Shown here: in pieces, positions 9,040 through 17,599 of the stretch
Numbering within the stretch: position 1 is the stretch's first letter
How the letters are laid out: every line of letters begins with the position of its first letter
Assembly: GCA_035623825.1 (NCBI GenBank)
Contig: DASPSR010000055.1
Location: 1-41,995 of the forward strand
Length of the DNA stretch: 41,995 nucleotides
Source: Nitrospirota bacterium
GTDB lineage: Bacteria > Nitrospirota > UBA9217
Direction: 5' to 3'
The notes under the pieces: model-generated
The model's database searches: none
Told to the model about the DNA's origin: nothing
What the model saw: the letters and a program-made list of their open reading frames with translations, nothing else
Translations under genes and position numbers: made by a program

Positions 9040-10458
9040 ATGAATATTCTGATCATAAGCACCAACCGGAGCGCTTCCCCGGTGCCGGTTGTGCCGAATG
9101 GCGCATGTATGGTGGCAGAGGCCGTAGAGCGAGCCGGACATTCCGTGAAGGTGCTGGACCTGATGTTCGAACAGGATCCGGCACGTTCCATCGGGACGGA
9201 ACTCGGGAGAAGGGAATATGACGTCATCGGCCTTTCGATACGGAACATTGATAACAACGACATGCAGGCGCCGGTTTTTTTCATCAAAGACCTTCCACCC
9301 CTCATTGATGCCGTCCGCAAGAGCTCGGACGCGCCCATTGTCCTGGGCGGCGCGTCGCTTGCCGTCATGCCCGAGGAAATCCTGCGAGCGACCGGAGCGA
9401 CCTGCGCGGTGACCGGAAGCGGAGAGGTAGCGTTTCCCCGGCTGCTCGAGAGAATGGCGCGGCGCGATCCGTATGCGGACCTTCCGGGCGTGGCCGTGCT
9501 GGAAGGCGGGAAATGCAGTGCAAATCCGCCCCCTTCGCTTCCCGGAGCAGCGAGCGCTCCGGATTACGACCGGTGGTTGAACATGGGAGCATACCGCTCG
9601 CACTTATCGACGGTACCGCTCCAGAGCAAGCTCGGATGCCTCTTTCAGTGCGTTTACTGCACGTACCGGAAGATCGAAGGGAGCACGTACCGGCTGTTCG
9701 AACCCGAAGGCGTAGCAGAAGCGGCTTTGAGATTGGCGGCGGGGCTTAAGGACATCGAGTTTGTCGATAACGTGTTTAACGCGCCCTACGGCCATGCCCT
9801 GTCGGTATGCGAAGCTCTCATCCGCGCACGGCCCGGTGCGCGCTTTCAGAGCGTGGAGTTGAACCCCGCCCACTTCGATCACGAGCTGCTTTCGGCCATG
9901 GAGAGGGCGGGATTTGTGGCGATGGGGATAACCGTCGAGAGCGCGTCAGACCAGGTCCTCGCCGGGCTCAGAAAAGGATTCACGGCTGGCGAGGTCTATC
10001 GGACAGCCGAGATTGTTCGGAGCCACCGTCTGCCCTGTCTCTGGATCTTCCTGCTTGGGGGGCCCGGCGAAACGCATGACACCATCAGGGAAACACTTCG
10101 ATTTGCGGAGAAGTGCATCCGGCCGCAGGATGCGGCCTTCTTCAACATCGGCATACGCGTCTATCCCGGGACGGAACTCGAGACCGTCGCGAGAAGGCAG
10201 GGACTGCTCTCTGTCACCCCGGGCGAAATGCTTTCCCCTGTGTTTTACGCCTCGCCGGGAGTCGACGTCGCGTTGGCCAGGCGGCAGGTGAAGGATTCCC
10301 TTAATAATCACATGAATTTCATGAGCGGGGAATCCTTCAGATTCCCCCATCTTCCGCTTATTCATCAGATAGGACATCGGCTGGGGCTCAGAACTCCGCT
10401 CTGGCGATACACGCGCAGCATCCGGAGGGGACTTCGGTTCATTGGGATGGATGCATAG
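9040..10458 (+). CDS. Cobalamin-binding radical SAM protein (class B methylase-like; lipid-biosynthesis-associated type)
   Basis: N-terminal B12-binding domain (IGLSIRNIDN, IVLGG, GSGE), CxxxCxxC (CLFQCVYC), FVDNVFN and GGPGET. Confidence 0.9.
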   Translation: MNILIISTNRSASPVPVVPNGACMVAEAVERAGHSVKVLDLMFEQDPARSIGTELGRREYDVIGLSIRNIDNNDMQAPVFFIKDLPPLIDAVRKSSDAPIVLGGASLAVMPEEILRATGATCAVTGSGEVAFPRLLERMARRDPYADLPGVAVLEGGKCSANPPPSLPGAASAPDYDRWLNMGAYRSHLSTVPLQSKLGCLFQCVYCTYRKIEGSTYRLFEPEGVAEAALRLAAGLKDIEFVDNVFNAPYGHALSVCEALIRARPGARFQSVELNPAHFDHELLSAMERAGFVAMGITVESASDQVLAGLRKGFTAGEVYRTAEIVRSHRLPCLWIFLLGGPGETHDTIRETLRFAEKCIRPQDAAFFNIGIRVYPGTELETVARRQGLLSVTPGEMLSPVFYASPGVDVALARRQVKDSLNNHMNFMSGESFRFPHLPLIHQIGHRLGLRTPLWRYTRSIRRGLRFIGMDA

Positions 10459-10509
10459 GAGGGCAGGGGGCAATCAGCACTGAGAGGCCCTGGACCACAG
10501 GCACCTGTC

Positions 10510-11613
10510 ATGTCCTCCCTGCCCTATGCCGTTGGAGAGGAGCTTGTGCATACTCAGCATACAGGAACCGCACACATCGCCTCGGTCGCGGTCTCAACGC
10601 CGCCCTTTACCATCGACCAGATGGAGTGCGAAAGGCTTGTGCGGAAACATTATCAGGGAAAGCTGAACTCGCGCAGCCTGGCGCTCATTCGTACGCTTTT
10701 GTCTCATCCGAGCATCAAACGGAGGAGCTTTGCTCTCGATGATATCGAAAGCCTCGTAGACGAAGATCTGGACGCGAGGGTTGCCCGCTTCACGCGCTGG
10801 TCTCTGGAACTTTCGGCGCTGGCGATCAAGAGGTCGCTGGCACGGGCCGGCCTGGGTATCGGCGATATCGCCGGTCTGGTCGTGAACACCTGCACGGGCT
10901 ACATCTGCCCGGGCATCTCAACCTACCTGATCGAAAGGCTGGGCCTTTCACGCAGCGTGCATGTGTATGACCTCGTGGGGAGCGGATGCGGCGGCGCAAT
11001 ACCGAACCTTGAGATCGCTCAGTCCCTGCTCGCACGCAACGGAGACGCCGCCGTTGTGAGCGTTTCCGTCGAGATCTGCTCGGCGACCTTTCAGATGGAG
11101 AACGACCTCAGCCTGCTGCTGTCGAACACGCTGTTCGGCGATGGCGCCGCCGCTGCCGTGCTCTGGACGAGGCCCGTGGGATACGAGCTGGTGGCATCGG
11201 CCAGCCGGTATGTGCCTGAACAGCGCGACACCATCCGCTATGTTCACAGACGAGGGCAGCTCTACAATCAGCTTTCGCTCAAATTGCCTGACCTGGTGGC
11301 ACGGACTGCGGCGCAGGTCGTGGAAGATGTGCTGGAGCCGCAGACGCTCAAGCCCGCGGAAATCAGGCACTGGGCCCTCCACAGCGGCGGCGAGAAGGTC
11401 ATCAACGCCGTCCGCGATAAGATCGGGCTATCGGAAGAGCAGGTGCGCGCCACGCGCACGGTATTGGCCGAGCACGGCAACATGTCATCGCCAACGGTCT
11501 GGTTCGTGCTGAATGAGATCGAAAGGCAAGGGATCTCACCCGGCGAATGGTGCATCATGGTGGCCTTCGGTGCCGGTCTTTCGGCCCACGCCTTTCTCCT
11601 GCGGAAACGGTGA
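10510..11613 (+). CDS. Type III polyketide synthase (chalcone synthase-like)
   Basis: Catalytic triad motifs GSGCGG (Cys), ALHSGG (His) and GNMSS (Asn); also VEICS, LFGDGAAA and AFGAG. Confidence 0.93.
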   Translation: MSSLPYAVGEELVHTQHTGTAHIASVAVSTPPFTIDQMECERLVRKHYQGKLNSRSLALIRTLLSHPSIKRRSFALDDIESLVDEDLDARVARFTRWSLELSALAIKRSLARAGLGIGDIAGLVVNTCTGYICPGISTYLIERLGLSRSVHVYDLVGSGCGGAIPNLEIAQSLLARNGDAAVVSVSVEICSATFQMENDLSLLLSNTLFGDGAAAAVLWTRPVGYELVASASRYVPEQRDTIRYVHRRGQLYNQLSLKLPDLVARTAAQVVEDVLEPQTLKPAEIRHWALHSGGEKVINAVRDKIGLSEEQVRATRTVLAEHGNMSSPTVWFVLNEIERQGISPGEWCIMVAFGAGLSAHAFLLRKR

Positions 11614-11690
11614 TGCGAATATGAGCATTCGCCAGTGGGGGAGTCAAAGGGCGATGTCCGCTCGCCCCGCTAAAGACGCAGGCAACGGCC

Positions 11691-11719
11691 TTGTAACGGA
11701 TGCAGGAAAAGGGTATAAT
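11691..11719 (+). promoter_or_regulatory. Sigma70-type promoter for the DUF5714-like gene
   Basis: TTGTAA-17 nt-TATAAT, ending 10 nt before ATG 11730. Confidence 0.55.
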
Positions 11720-11729
11720 TGAGTCCACG

Positions 11730-12512
11730 ATGAACGCGAAGAGGACCGAACACTGCATGGTCTGCGGATCCCGCCTTGAGTATCTGCGGCATTCCGTGGG
11801 GCAGACCTGCACCTATTGCGGCAAGAATGAAAGAGGGGCAATCAAGTGCCCCGCAGGGCACTTTATCTGTGAGGCGTGCCATGCCCTGGATGCCCGGAAG
11901 ACGATCGAGGAAATCGCGCTCACGACGCAGCTCAAGGATCCTGCTGCGATAGCCGAACTCATGATGAGCCACCCCCTGCTCCCCATGCTCGGCTGCGAAC
12001 ATGCCTTCATCGCCGCTGGAGCGCTGCTCGCGGCGCTCAAGAACTCACCATACGCAAAAGTCACCGATCAGGACATGCGGGAAGCCTTCGACCGGACCGC
12101 CAAGCAGGCCAGAGGCGGATACTGCGGCCTTACCGGGGTGTGCGGCATAGCGCCCGCCATCGGCGCCTGCTTCTCGGTGTTCCTGGGAACGCGGTGCGGC
12201 TCAGACACAGAGCAGAAGATCACGATGGACGCCGTGGTCAAGGTTTCGCAGGGCATCGCTGATCTCACGGGGCCAAGCTGCTGCAAGGCCTACGTGCGAT
12301 CGGCGCTCTCGGCCGCCGTGGCCATCTTCGCCGAGCGGTTCGGGATCGTGCTTCCCGTTGCGAGAGCTTCGGCCGTCTGCAGAGACAGCGACAGGCACCC
12401 GCACGGTTGCCGCGAAGAGAAGTGCCCCTATTATCAGAAGCCGAGCAGAGATATATTTACCGACCCCGCCAATACGAAGGATACCATCTGTCGCTCCTGA
12501 AAGCCCGTCTGA
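11730..12512 (+). CDS. DUF5714-like Cys-rich protein; candidate selenoprotein ending CRS-U-KPV (ends at 12500 if TGA is a stop)
   Basis: N-terminal CxxC knuckles, GCEH, GGYCGLTGVCG and GPSCCK motifs; TGA 12498-12500 completes CxxU and is followed by a SECIS-like hairpin. Confidence 0.8.
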
Positions 12513-12531
12513 TCCGTCCGGTCCGGACGGA
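12498..12531 (+). promoter_or_regulatory. Candidate bacterial SECIS element
   Basis: TGA, 12-nt spacer AAGCCCGTCTGA, then perfect stem TCCGTCCG-GTC-CGGACGGA. No U-tract follows, so it is not a typical intrinsic terminator. Confidence 0.55.
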
Positions 12532-12590
12532 GATATGGGACATCGATGCGGCCCCTTTTCCCTGAATCAAAAAATTGCAGTAAATAAAAC

Positions 12591-12620
12591 TTGACAAAAA
12601 CACTCCTATTTTATTATAAT
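12591..12620 (+). promoter_or_regulatory. Consensus sigma70 promoter of the rubrerythrin operon
   Basis: TTGACA-18 nt-TATAAT with an A-rich upstream region. Confidence 0.8.
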
Positions 12621-12630
12621 CCTCGATATG

Positions 12631-12645
12631 TTGGAATCATTCTAG
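12631..12645 (+). promoter_or_regulatory. Putative PerR/Fur-family operator (7-1-7 inverted repeat)
   Basis: TTGGAAT-C-ATTCTAG just downstream of the -10 box, ahead of rubredoxin and rubrerythrin genes. Confidence 0.55.
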
Positions 12646-12675
12646 ACTGTAAGATGCATGGCAGGGAGGCCGTCT

Positions 12676-13131
12676 ATGTGTATGGATTATGCAAAACAAT
12701 GCAAGTGCGGGGCCCATTCCGCGAGTTTTAATTTCAGGGATTCACTCTTGCCCGGGGAAGTCATCAACGCACTATATTGTCCAGTGTGCTCGTCCGGTCT
12801 GCAGTATGATCCCCAGTCCATGGTACGGGACAACGGCTGGATCCTGCAGTTCGAGATGGACGTGGCGAGGTTCATGCTCAACACGCTCCCGGCAGGGTCA
12901 GCCGGGATCACCCCCGAGTACCTCTTTGATGAGGGGTACTGCACCTGGCGCGGGGTCACGCCGACGGACCACATTGATTCGCTCCGCGAGCGGCAGGAGA
13001 TCCTCAAACTCGCGAAAACCGAGCCGAAAAGATACTTTGCGGAACTCAAGACGTGGGGCAACAGGAGAATGGAGCGTCTGGCGCAGGAAGGCTGGCGAAA
13101 GGCCCGTGAAGGGGCGCCTGCTCATTCATAG
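12676..13131 (+). CDS. Hypothetical Cys-motif protein (CKC...YCPVC)
   Basis: GGAGG RBS before ATG 12676; first gene after a strong promoter. Confidence 0.8.
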   Translation: MCMDYAKQCKCGAHSASFNFRDSLLPGEVINALYCPVCSSGLQYDPQSMVRDNGWILQFEMDVARFMLNTLPAGSAGITPEYLFDEGYCTWRGVTPTDHIDSLRERQEILKLAKTEPKRYFAELKTWGNRRMERLAQEGWRKAREGAPAHS

Positions 13132-13169
13132 GGGGTCAACAGCCCGGAAAGGCACAGAGGACACTTGAA

Positions 13170-13649
13170 ATGGAAATCACCGTGGAGAAGATTCCGGGCG
13201 GCTTCAGCGTAGATGGGCTGGAGTTGAAGAACGGGAAGTGCGGATGCACGACGGTACTGCCGTGCTGCTACAGCTGGTCGAAGATCAAACGGTCAGGGAA
13301 TGCTTTCACCTTTGCCGGGAAAGCGACGAGCCCGGACAGCAAGGAAAATTTTACCTGGAGCTATGCCGTCAGAAAGGGAGATTATACCGTCGAGGTCCGC
13401 ATGGAGGATGCACAGGACAAGAAAATATTCTCCGGGTATTATCCTCCGCGCATCGAGGAATGGACGGAAAAAGGCTGGGACGTCGTGAGGAAGGACGGCG
13501 AGCGCCGGGATTTCGGCATGTGGCGCTGCTCGGCCTGCCGGTGGCTGTACAAAGAGCAGGAGCAAGGGGTCCCCTTTGAAAACCTTCCCGATGACTGGAA
13601 GTGCCCTTTGTGCAAGGTGGGTAAGGGATCATTCGAAAAGGTCGCGTAG
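13170..13649 (+). CDS. Rubredoxin-domain protein with an uncharacterised N-terminal Cys-rich domain
   Basis: C-terminal WRCSACRWLY...FENLPDDWKCPLCKVGK rubredoxin; N-terminal CGC-x5-CC. Confidence 0.85.
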   Translation: MEITVEKIPGGFSVDGLELKNGKCGCTTVLPCCYSWSKIKRSGNAFTFAGKATSPDSKENFTWSYAVRKGDYTVEVRMEDAQDKKIFSGYYPPRIEEWTEKGWDVVRKDGERRDFGMWRCSACRWLYKEQEQGVPFENLPDDWKCPLCKVGKGSFEKVA

Positions 13650-13695
13650 TCAGCAGGATTCTCCAAACCCGAAGATCATACGAGGAGGATGTCTC

Positions 13696-14190
13696 ATGTC
13701 AAAGACAGAACAGAATTTGCAGGATGCTTTTGCCGGCGAGTCCCAGGCCAACAGGAAGTACCTCGCTTTCGCCCAAAAGGCCGAGGCCGAGGGGCACAGG
13801 CAGGTCGCGAAGCTTTTCAGGGCCGCGGCGGAGGCCGAGACGGTCCATGCCATCAATCACTTGCGGGAGCTCGGCGGCATCCAGTCGACGGACAAAAATC
13901 TGCACGTGGCGCTATCAGGTGAGTCCTACGAATTTCAGAAGATGTATCCCCGGATGATCGAGGATGCCAAGGCGGAAGGAGTGCAAGGCGCGCTGCGGTC
14001 ATTCAGCTTAGCGAACGAAGTTGAAAAGGTCCACGCCGCGCTCTACGACAAGGCCATCAAGAACCTCGGCCAGAGCGTAGATACCGATTACTTCGTCTGC
14101 CAGGTCTGCGGCTACACGGCCGAGGGCGAGGCGCCCGACAATTGTCCCGTGTGCAAAGCGAAAAAACAGGCCTTCAAAAGGGTAAACTAA
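13696..14190 (+). CDS. rbr: Rubrerythrin
   Basis: AFAGESQA, EAETVHA, GESYE, EKVHA, and C-terminal CQVCGY...CPVC; GGAGG RBS. Confidence 0.95.
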   Translation: MSKTEQNLQDAFAGESQANRKYLAFAQKAEAEGHRQVAKLFRAAAEAETVHAINHLRELGGIQSTDKNLHVALSGESYEFQKMYPRMIEDAKAEGVQGALRSFSLANEVEKVHAALYDKAIKNLGQSVDTDYFVCQVCGYTAEGEAPDNCPVCKAKKQAFKRVN

Positions 14191-14192
14191 AC

Positions 14193-14378
14193 GTGGAGAA
14201 CGACAGGAAGACAGGCGTCGCTCTCGTTTGCCCAGATGCCCTGATACGGGAACAGCTCCGCATGTTGGCTCCGGACCGGCAGGACGCGCGCGGAGCTCAT
14301 GCAGGACCGGCATGTATCCAGACCCGGCATATCTTAAGCTTCATCGAGAAGGCCTCCGGAACAAAAAAGGAGGCGTAA
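14193..14378 (+). CDS. Possible small hypothetical protein (61 aa)
   Basis: Open frame that exactly fills the gap between rbr and the flavoprotein gene; no recognisable motif and no clear RBS. Confidence 0.3.
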   Translation: MENDRKTGVALVCPDALIREQLRMLAPDRQDARGAHAGPACIQTRHILSFIEKASGTKKEA

Positions 14379-14381
14379 GCC

Positions 14382-14966
14382 GTGAAGGTGCTCGCGTTCA
14401 ACGGCAGCCCGCGCAAGGGCGGAAATTCACAGACTCTCCTCGCCGAGGCGATCCGGGGGGTCCAGGCGCAGGGTGCGGAAGTCACAGTCTACAATCTGAA
14501 CGAGACGAAAATCCGGCCCTGCCAGAACTGCGGTTCCTGCGCCCGTGAATCAGTATGCCCAGTACAGGACGAGATGCAGACGGTCTACCGGGACATCCGC
14601 TCCGCCGACCGGATCATCCTGGCATCGCCCATATTCTTCTTCGGCTTGAGCGCGCAGACCAAAGCCATGGTGGACCGATGCCAGGCCTTCTGGGCCGAGA
14701 AATACATCTACAAGAAGCCGATCCCGCCCGGCGAGTTCGGGCGGAAGGGACTGCTCTTCCTCGTCGGCGGCATGAAGCGGGATTCGAAGAACAGCGGATA
14801 TCAGTGCGCCGAGACGGTGGCACGGGCTTTTTTCAGGACCGTCAATGTCCGGGAACATGTTACGTTGTCCTACGACGCAGTCGATGAGAAAGGTGCGATC
14901 GTAAGGCATCCCACAGCGCTCAAAGAGGCCTTTGATGCGGGGACTGAACTCGTAAAACCCCAGTGA
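14382..14966 (+). CDS. Flavodoxin-fold iron-sulfur flavoprotein / NADPH-dependent FMN reductase family
   Basis: NGSPRKGGNS, CQNCGSC...C...D and ASPIFF motifs; AGGAGG RBS. Confidence 0.9.
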   Translation: MKVLAFNGSPRKGGNSQTLLAEAIRGVQAQGAEVTVYNLNETKIRPCQNCGSCARESVCPVQDEMQTVYRDIRSADRIILASPIFFFGLSAQTKAMVDRCQAFWAEKYIYKKPIPPGEFGRKGLLFLVGGMKRDSKNSGYQCAETVARAFFRTVNVREHVTLSYDAVDEKGAIVRHPTALKEAFDAGTELVKPQ

Positions 14967-15547
14967 CGGTCAACCAGAAACGCGATGATCATTGAGGCGC
15001 CTCTCCTTCCGGGGGGAATGCTCACGCTGATTTAACCCGACCCCTCTTCCCCCCTCTTTCCCGGTCCGCTCAGCCTTATAGCCTGTCAGACAACCTCCAA
15101 GAAGCAGCCCATAGCGTCAACGACTGCGCGGTTTTGCCCGCCCATCCTGCACAGGAGGGATAAAATGAGGCATAGCGCTCGGCACGAGGCGTCCAGAACC
15201 GTCGAGCAGGCTCGCTTCGTAGACTTTGATCTGCACCCGCTCCCCGGGGGTGCAGAGAACCGATCCCCCCGCCAGAAAGGAGAAGCAGCCGAACTTCACT
15301 TTCCTCGTAACAGATGCGGTCGCTGCTCACAGGATGGCCGCTTTCCACGAAACAGGATATAAAAGATCCTCTTAAAATTATATCCCCTTGACAGGGGACC
15401 TTTGCGCCGCCAAAGAGACCAGGAAGAGCACAGGCCCGATCGGGTTCTCCAATAGAATGGCTGGGGGTCGACTCCTATCTATGTCCTGGGAAGAGTGTCG
15501 GGATCGTGAAGCGGGGGATCGTCATGCGGCTTTTTGATGCGGCGTGT

Positions 15548-15925
15548 TTAGATGAGAACGAGGAGCAGCACGATGAGCAGCAAGATGATTATGACATCGC
15601 TGGTTCTCATTCCTCCTGCCTGAAGAGCATCGATGTGTGTTGCAAGCATGTGAACCTGTTCGTCCGAAAGGCCGTTTATTTTATCGAGGGCACCCTCAGG
15701 GGAAAGCCCGTAGTCCACGAGACGCTGCTGAAGGGTCTTGGATTCAAGCATCTTCTGGATTTTGGCCATATCGGCTGCCCGGTCGCTGAGCGGCGTCTGA
15801 GAATCAGGAGCGGAAGGCACAAACATCGCCTCTGCGGGCCCTGCAATGATAAAAATGGCGAGCAGCGCTGTGATGAGGGAGATCCGGGGCTGCATTTTGA
15901 CGACCGGGGGAATCATGCATTTCAT
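15548..15925 (-). CDS. PA2779-family-like exported protein
   Basis: Signal peptide, LVDYGLSPEGALDKINGLSDEQ, then AGG followed by a hydrophobic C-terminal tail. Confidence 0.7.
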   Translation of the reverse strand: MKCMIPPVVKMQPRISLITALLAIFIIAGPAEAMFVPSAPDSQTPLSDRAADMAKIQKMLESKTLQQRLVDYGLSPEGALDKINGLSDEQVHMLATHIDALQAGGMRTSDVIIILLLIVLLLVLI

Positions 15926-16088
15926 TGGATATTCCTTCACTCTCAGAGGAAAGTATAGGGGAAATCCCCGGATTAATCTGTGATTATGATTACATTTTAG
16001 ATGTCCCGTTTCATCATACGCTCGAACTTGTAATAATGAATTTAGACTGATTCAGCCCGCGAGCCTGGTGATCGGCCCATGACCCCGT

Positions 16089-16973
16089 TTACCGCACCTG
16101 ACGAGTGCGCCGCTGCACCTGGATGCGCATCCCCATCGCATGCCCGCTCGCCATGTAATCGGTAGTGTGCAAAATGGCGTGACGGCCCTTCCGGTCGAGA
16201 GCAATGAGGCCGGCATGACCGTGAATTCGAAGAAGGGCCCGTAAGGCCGCACGTGCTGCTGAAGCGGGCGTCCCATTCGCCATCAGCATGCAGGTCTCTT
16301 TCGCGAGCGATCTTCTCAGGATGTGCTCTCCTGACCCGGTGCAGGAAACGGCGCCGCTTTCGTTCTCCGCATATGTTCCCGCGCCGATGATAGGAGAGTC
16401 CCCCACCCGGCCGGGGAGCATGGCGTAGGTCCCGCAGGTGGATGTTCCTGCCGCCAGATTCCCTCTTTCGTCCAGCGCAACAGCCCCTACGGTCGAAAAA
16501 TATTCCCGGTAGAGCCGGACGACCTCGTTTCCCTTACGCAGGAGCCTTTTCAATTTCTCCCGCGATTCCTTTGCCGGGCCGGGGAGGCGCGTAAGGCCTC
16601 TCGCGATCCTGCGCGCCCCGATATCCGTCATGAGCACGTGCGGGGTGCCCATCATCCTTCTCGCCGCCTGGATGGGATTGCGAAAGCCTTCAAGACCGGC
16701 AACTGCACCGGCCTTCATTTCCGCCCCTTCCATGAGCGAGGCATCTGACCGCTGCACACCATCGAGCTGCAGAACCCCGCCTCGTCCGGCATTGAACATG
16801 CCCGAGTTCTCCATGACGGTCACTGCCGTGACAACAGCGTCAAGACTTGAGCCCCCGTTCAGGAGGATCGTGTAGCCCCGTGCAAGAGCTTCTGCCAGGA
16901 CATCGAGAGAGGCTTTTGGGGGCGGTTTGTGCCCGGCACCGCCGTGCACGAGGAGTACGGTATTCGCTTTCAT
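16089..16973 (-). CDS. iaaA: Isoaspartyl peptidase / L-asparaginase (Ntn hydrolase)
   Basis: VHGGAG, FNAGRG, STVGAVALD (nucleophilic Thr), GRVGDSPIIGAG and SCTGSGE. Confidence 0.92.
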   Translation of the reverse strand: MKANTVLLVHGGAGHKPPPKASLDVLAEALARGYTILLNGGSSLDAVVTAVTVMENSGMFNAGRGGVLQLDGVQRSDASLMEGAEMKAGAVAGLEGFRNPIQAARRMMGTPHVLMTDIGARRIARGLTRLPGPAKESREKLKRLLRKGNEVVRLYREYFSTVGAVALDERGNLAAGTSTCGTYAMLPGRVGDSPIIGAGTYAENESGAVSCTGSGEHILRRSLAKETCMLMANGTPASAARAALRALLRIHGHAGLIALDRKGRHAILHTTDYMASGHAMGMRIQVQRRTRQVR

Positions 16974-17143
16974 GGCCTGAGCGTACAGCACAGCATTCGG
17001 ATGCCTGTCGGACCCGCCTGCGAGCTTTCATTTTTGGTCAATACGGATAGTGATTATATCATGCTGAGAACAGCATTTGTCAAATCTTCCAACGGCATTT
17101 TATGCTGGAAGAAAATGCTCCGCAAGCGTATACTTGGCCATAT

Positions 17144-17584
17144 ATGGCAATCACCGTGGAGACAAATGAGGGATGGTATGGCGCCTTCAAGGCCACTGAC
17201 AAGTCAAGGCCCTGCCATGTCAAATTCGGTATTACAGCATTGACCGCTTCCTTGGCGGCCGTTCTTGCGCTAACCATCAATGCATACGCTCACGCCTACC
17301 CAGACCACGCTGACCCGAAAGTGGGTTCGACAATAAGCGTTTCTCCTTCCATCGTCCGCATCTGGTTCGACAGCGCTTTGGAACCGGCCTTTTCCTCGAT
17401 TATGGTCCACAATGTAAACGGCGAGATGGTGGACAAAAGGGATGGGCAGGTGGACCCATCCGATCCGACACTGCTGAAAATCAGCGTGCCGCCGCTACCT
17501 CCAGGCACCTACCGAGTCATCTGGAATGTTGTGGCCCGGGACACGCACCAGACTTCGGGAAGCTTTACCTTCACGATCAAATAA
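17144..17584 (+). CDS. copC: Copper resistance protein CopC
   Basis: Signal peptide ending AYA, mature N-terminal His (HAYP), and YRVIWNVVARDTH. Start codon uncertain. Confidence 0.88.
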   Translation: MAITVETNEGWYGAFKATDKSRPCHVKFGITALTASLAAVLALTINAYAHAYPDHADPKVGSTISVSPSIVRIWFDSALEPAFSSIMVHNVNGEMVDKRDGQVDPSDPTLLKISVPPLPPGTYRVIWNVVARDTHQTSGSFTFTIK

Positions 17585-17599
17585 GGAGATGAGAAACCG

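Noticed and set aside
16430-16450. TSTCG in place of the usual TSTGG in the isoaspartyl peptidase
   Set aside because: A single substitution with the nucleophilic Thr and the GRVGD motif intact; insufficient evidence of altered function.
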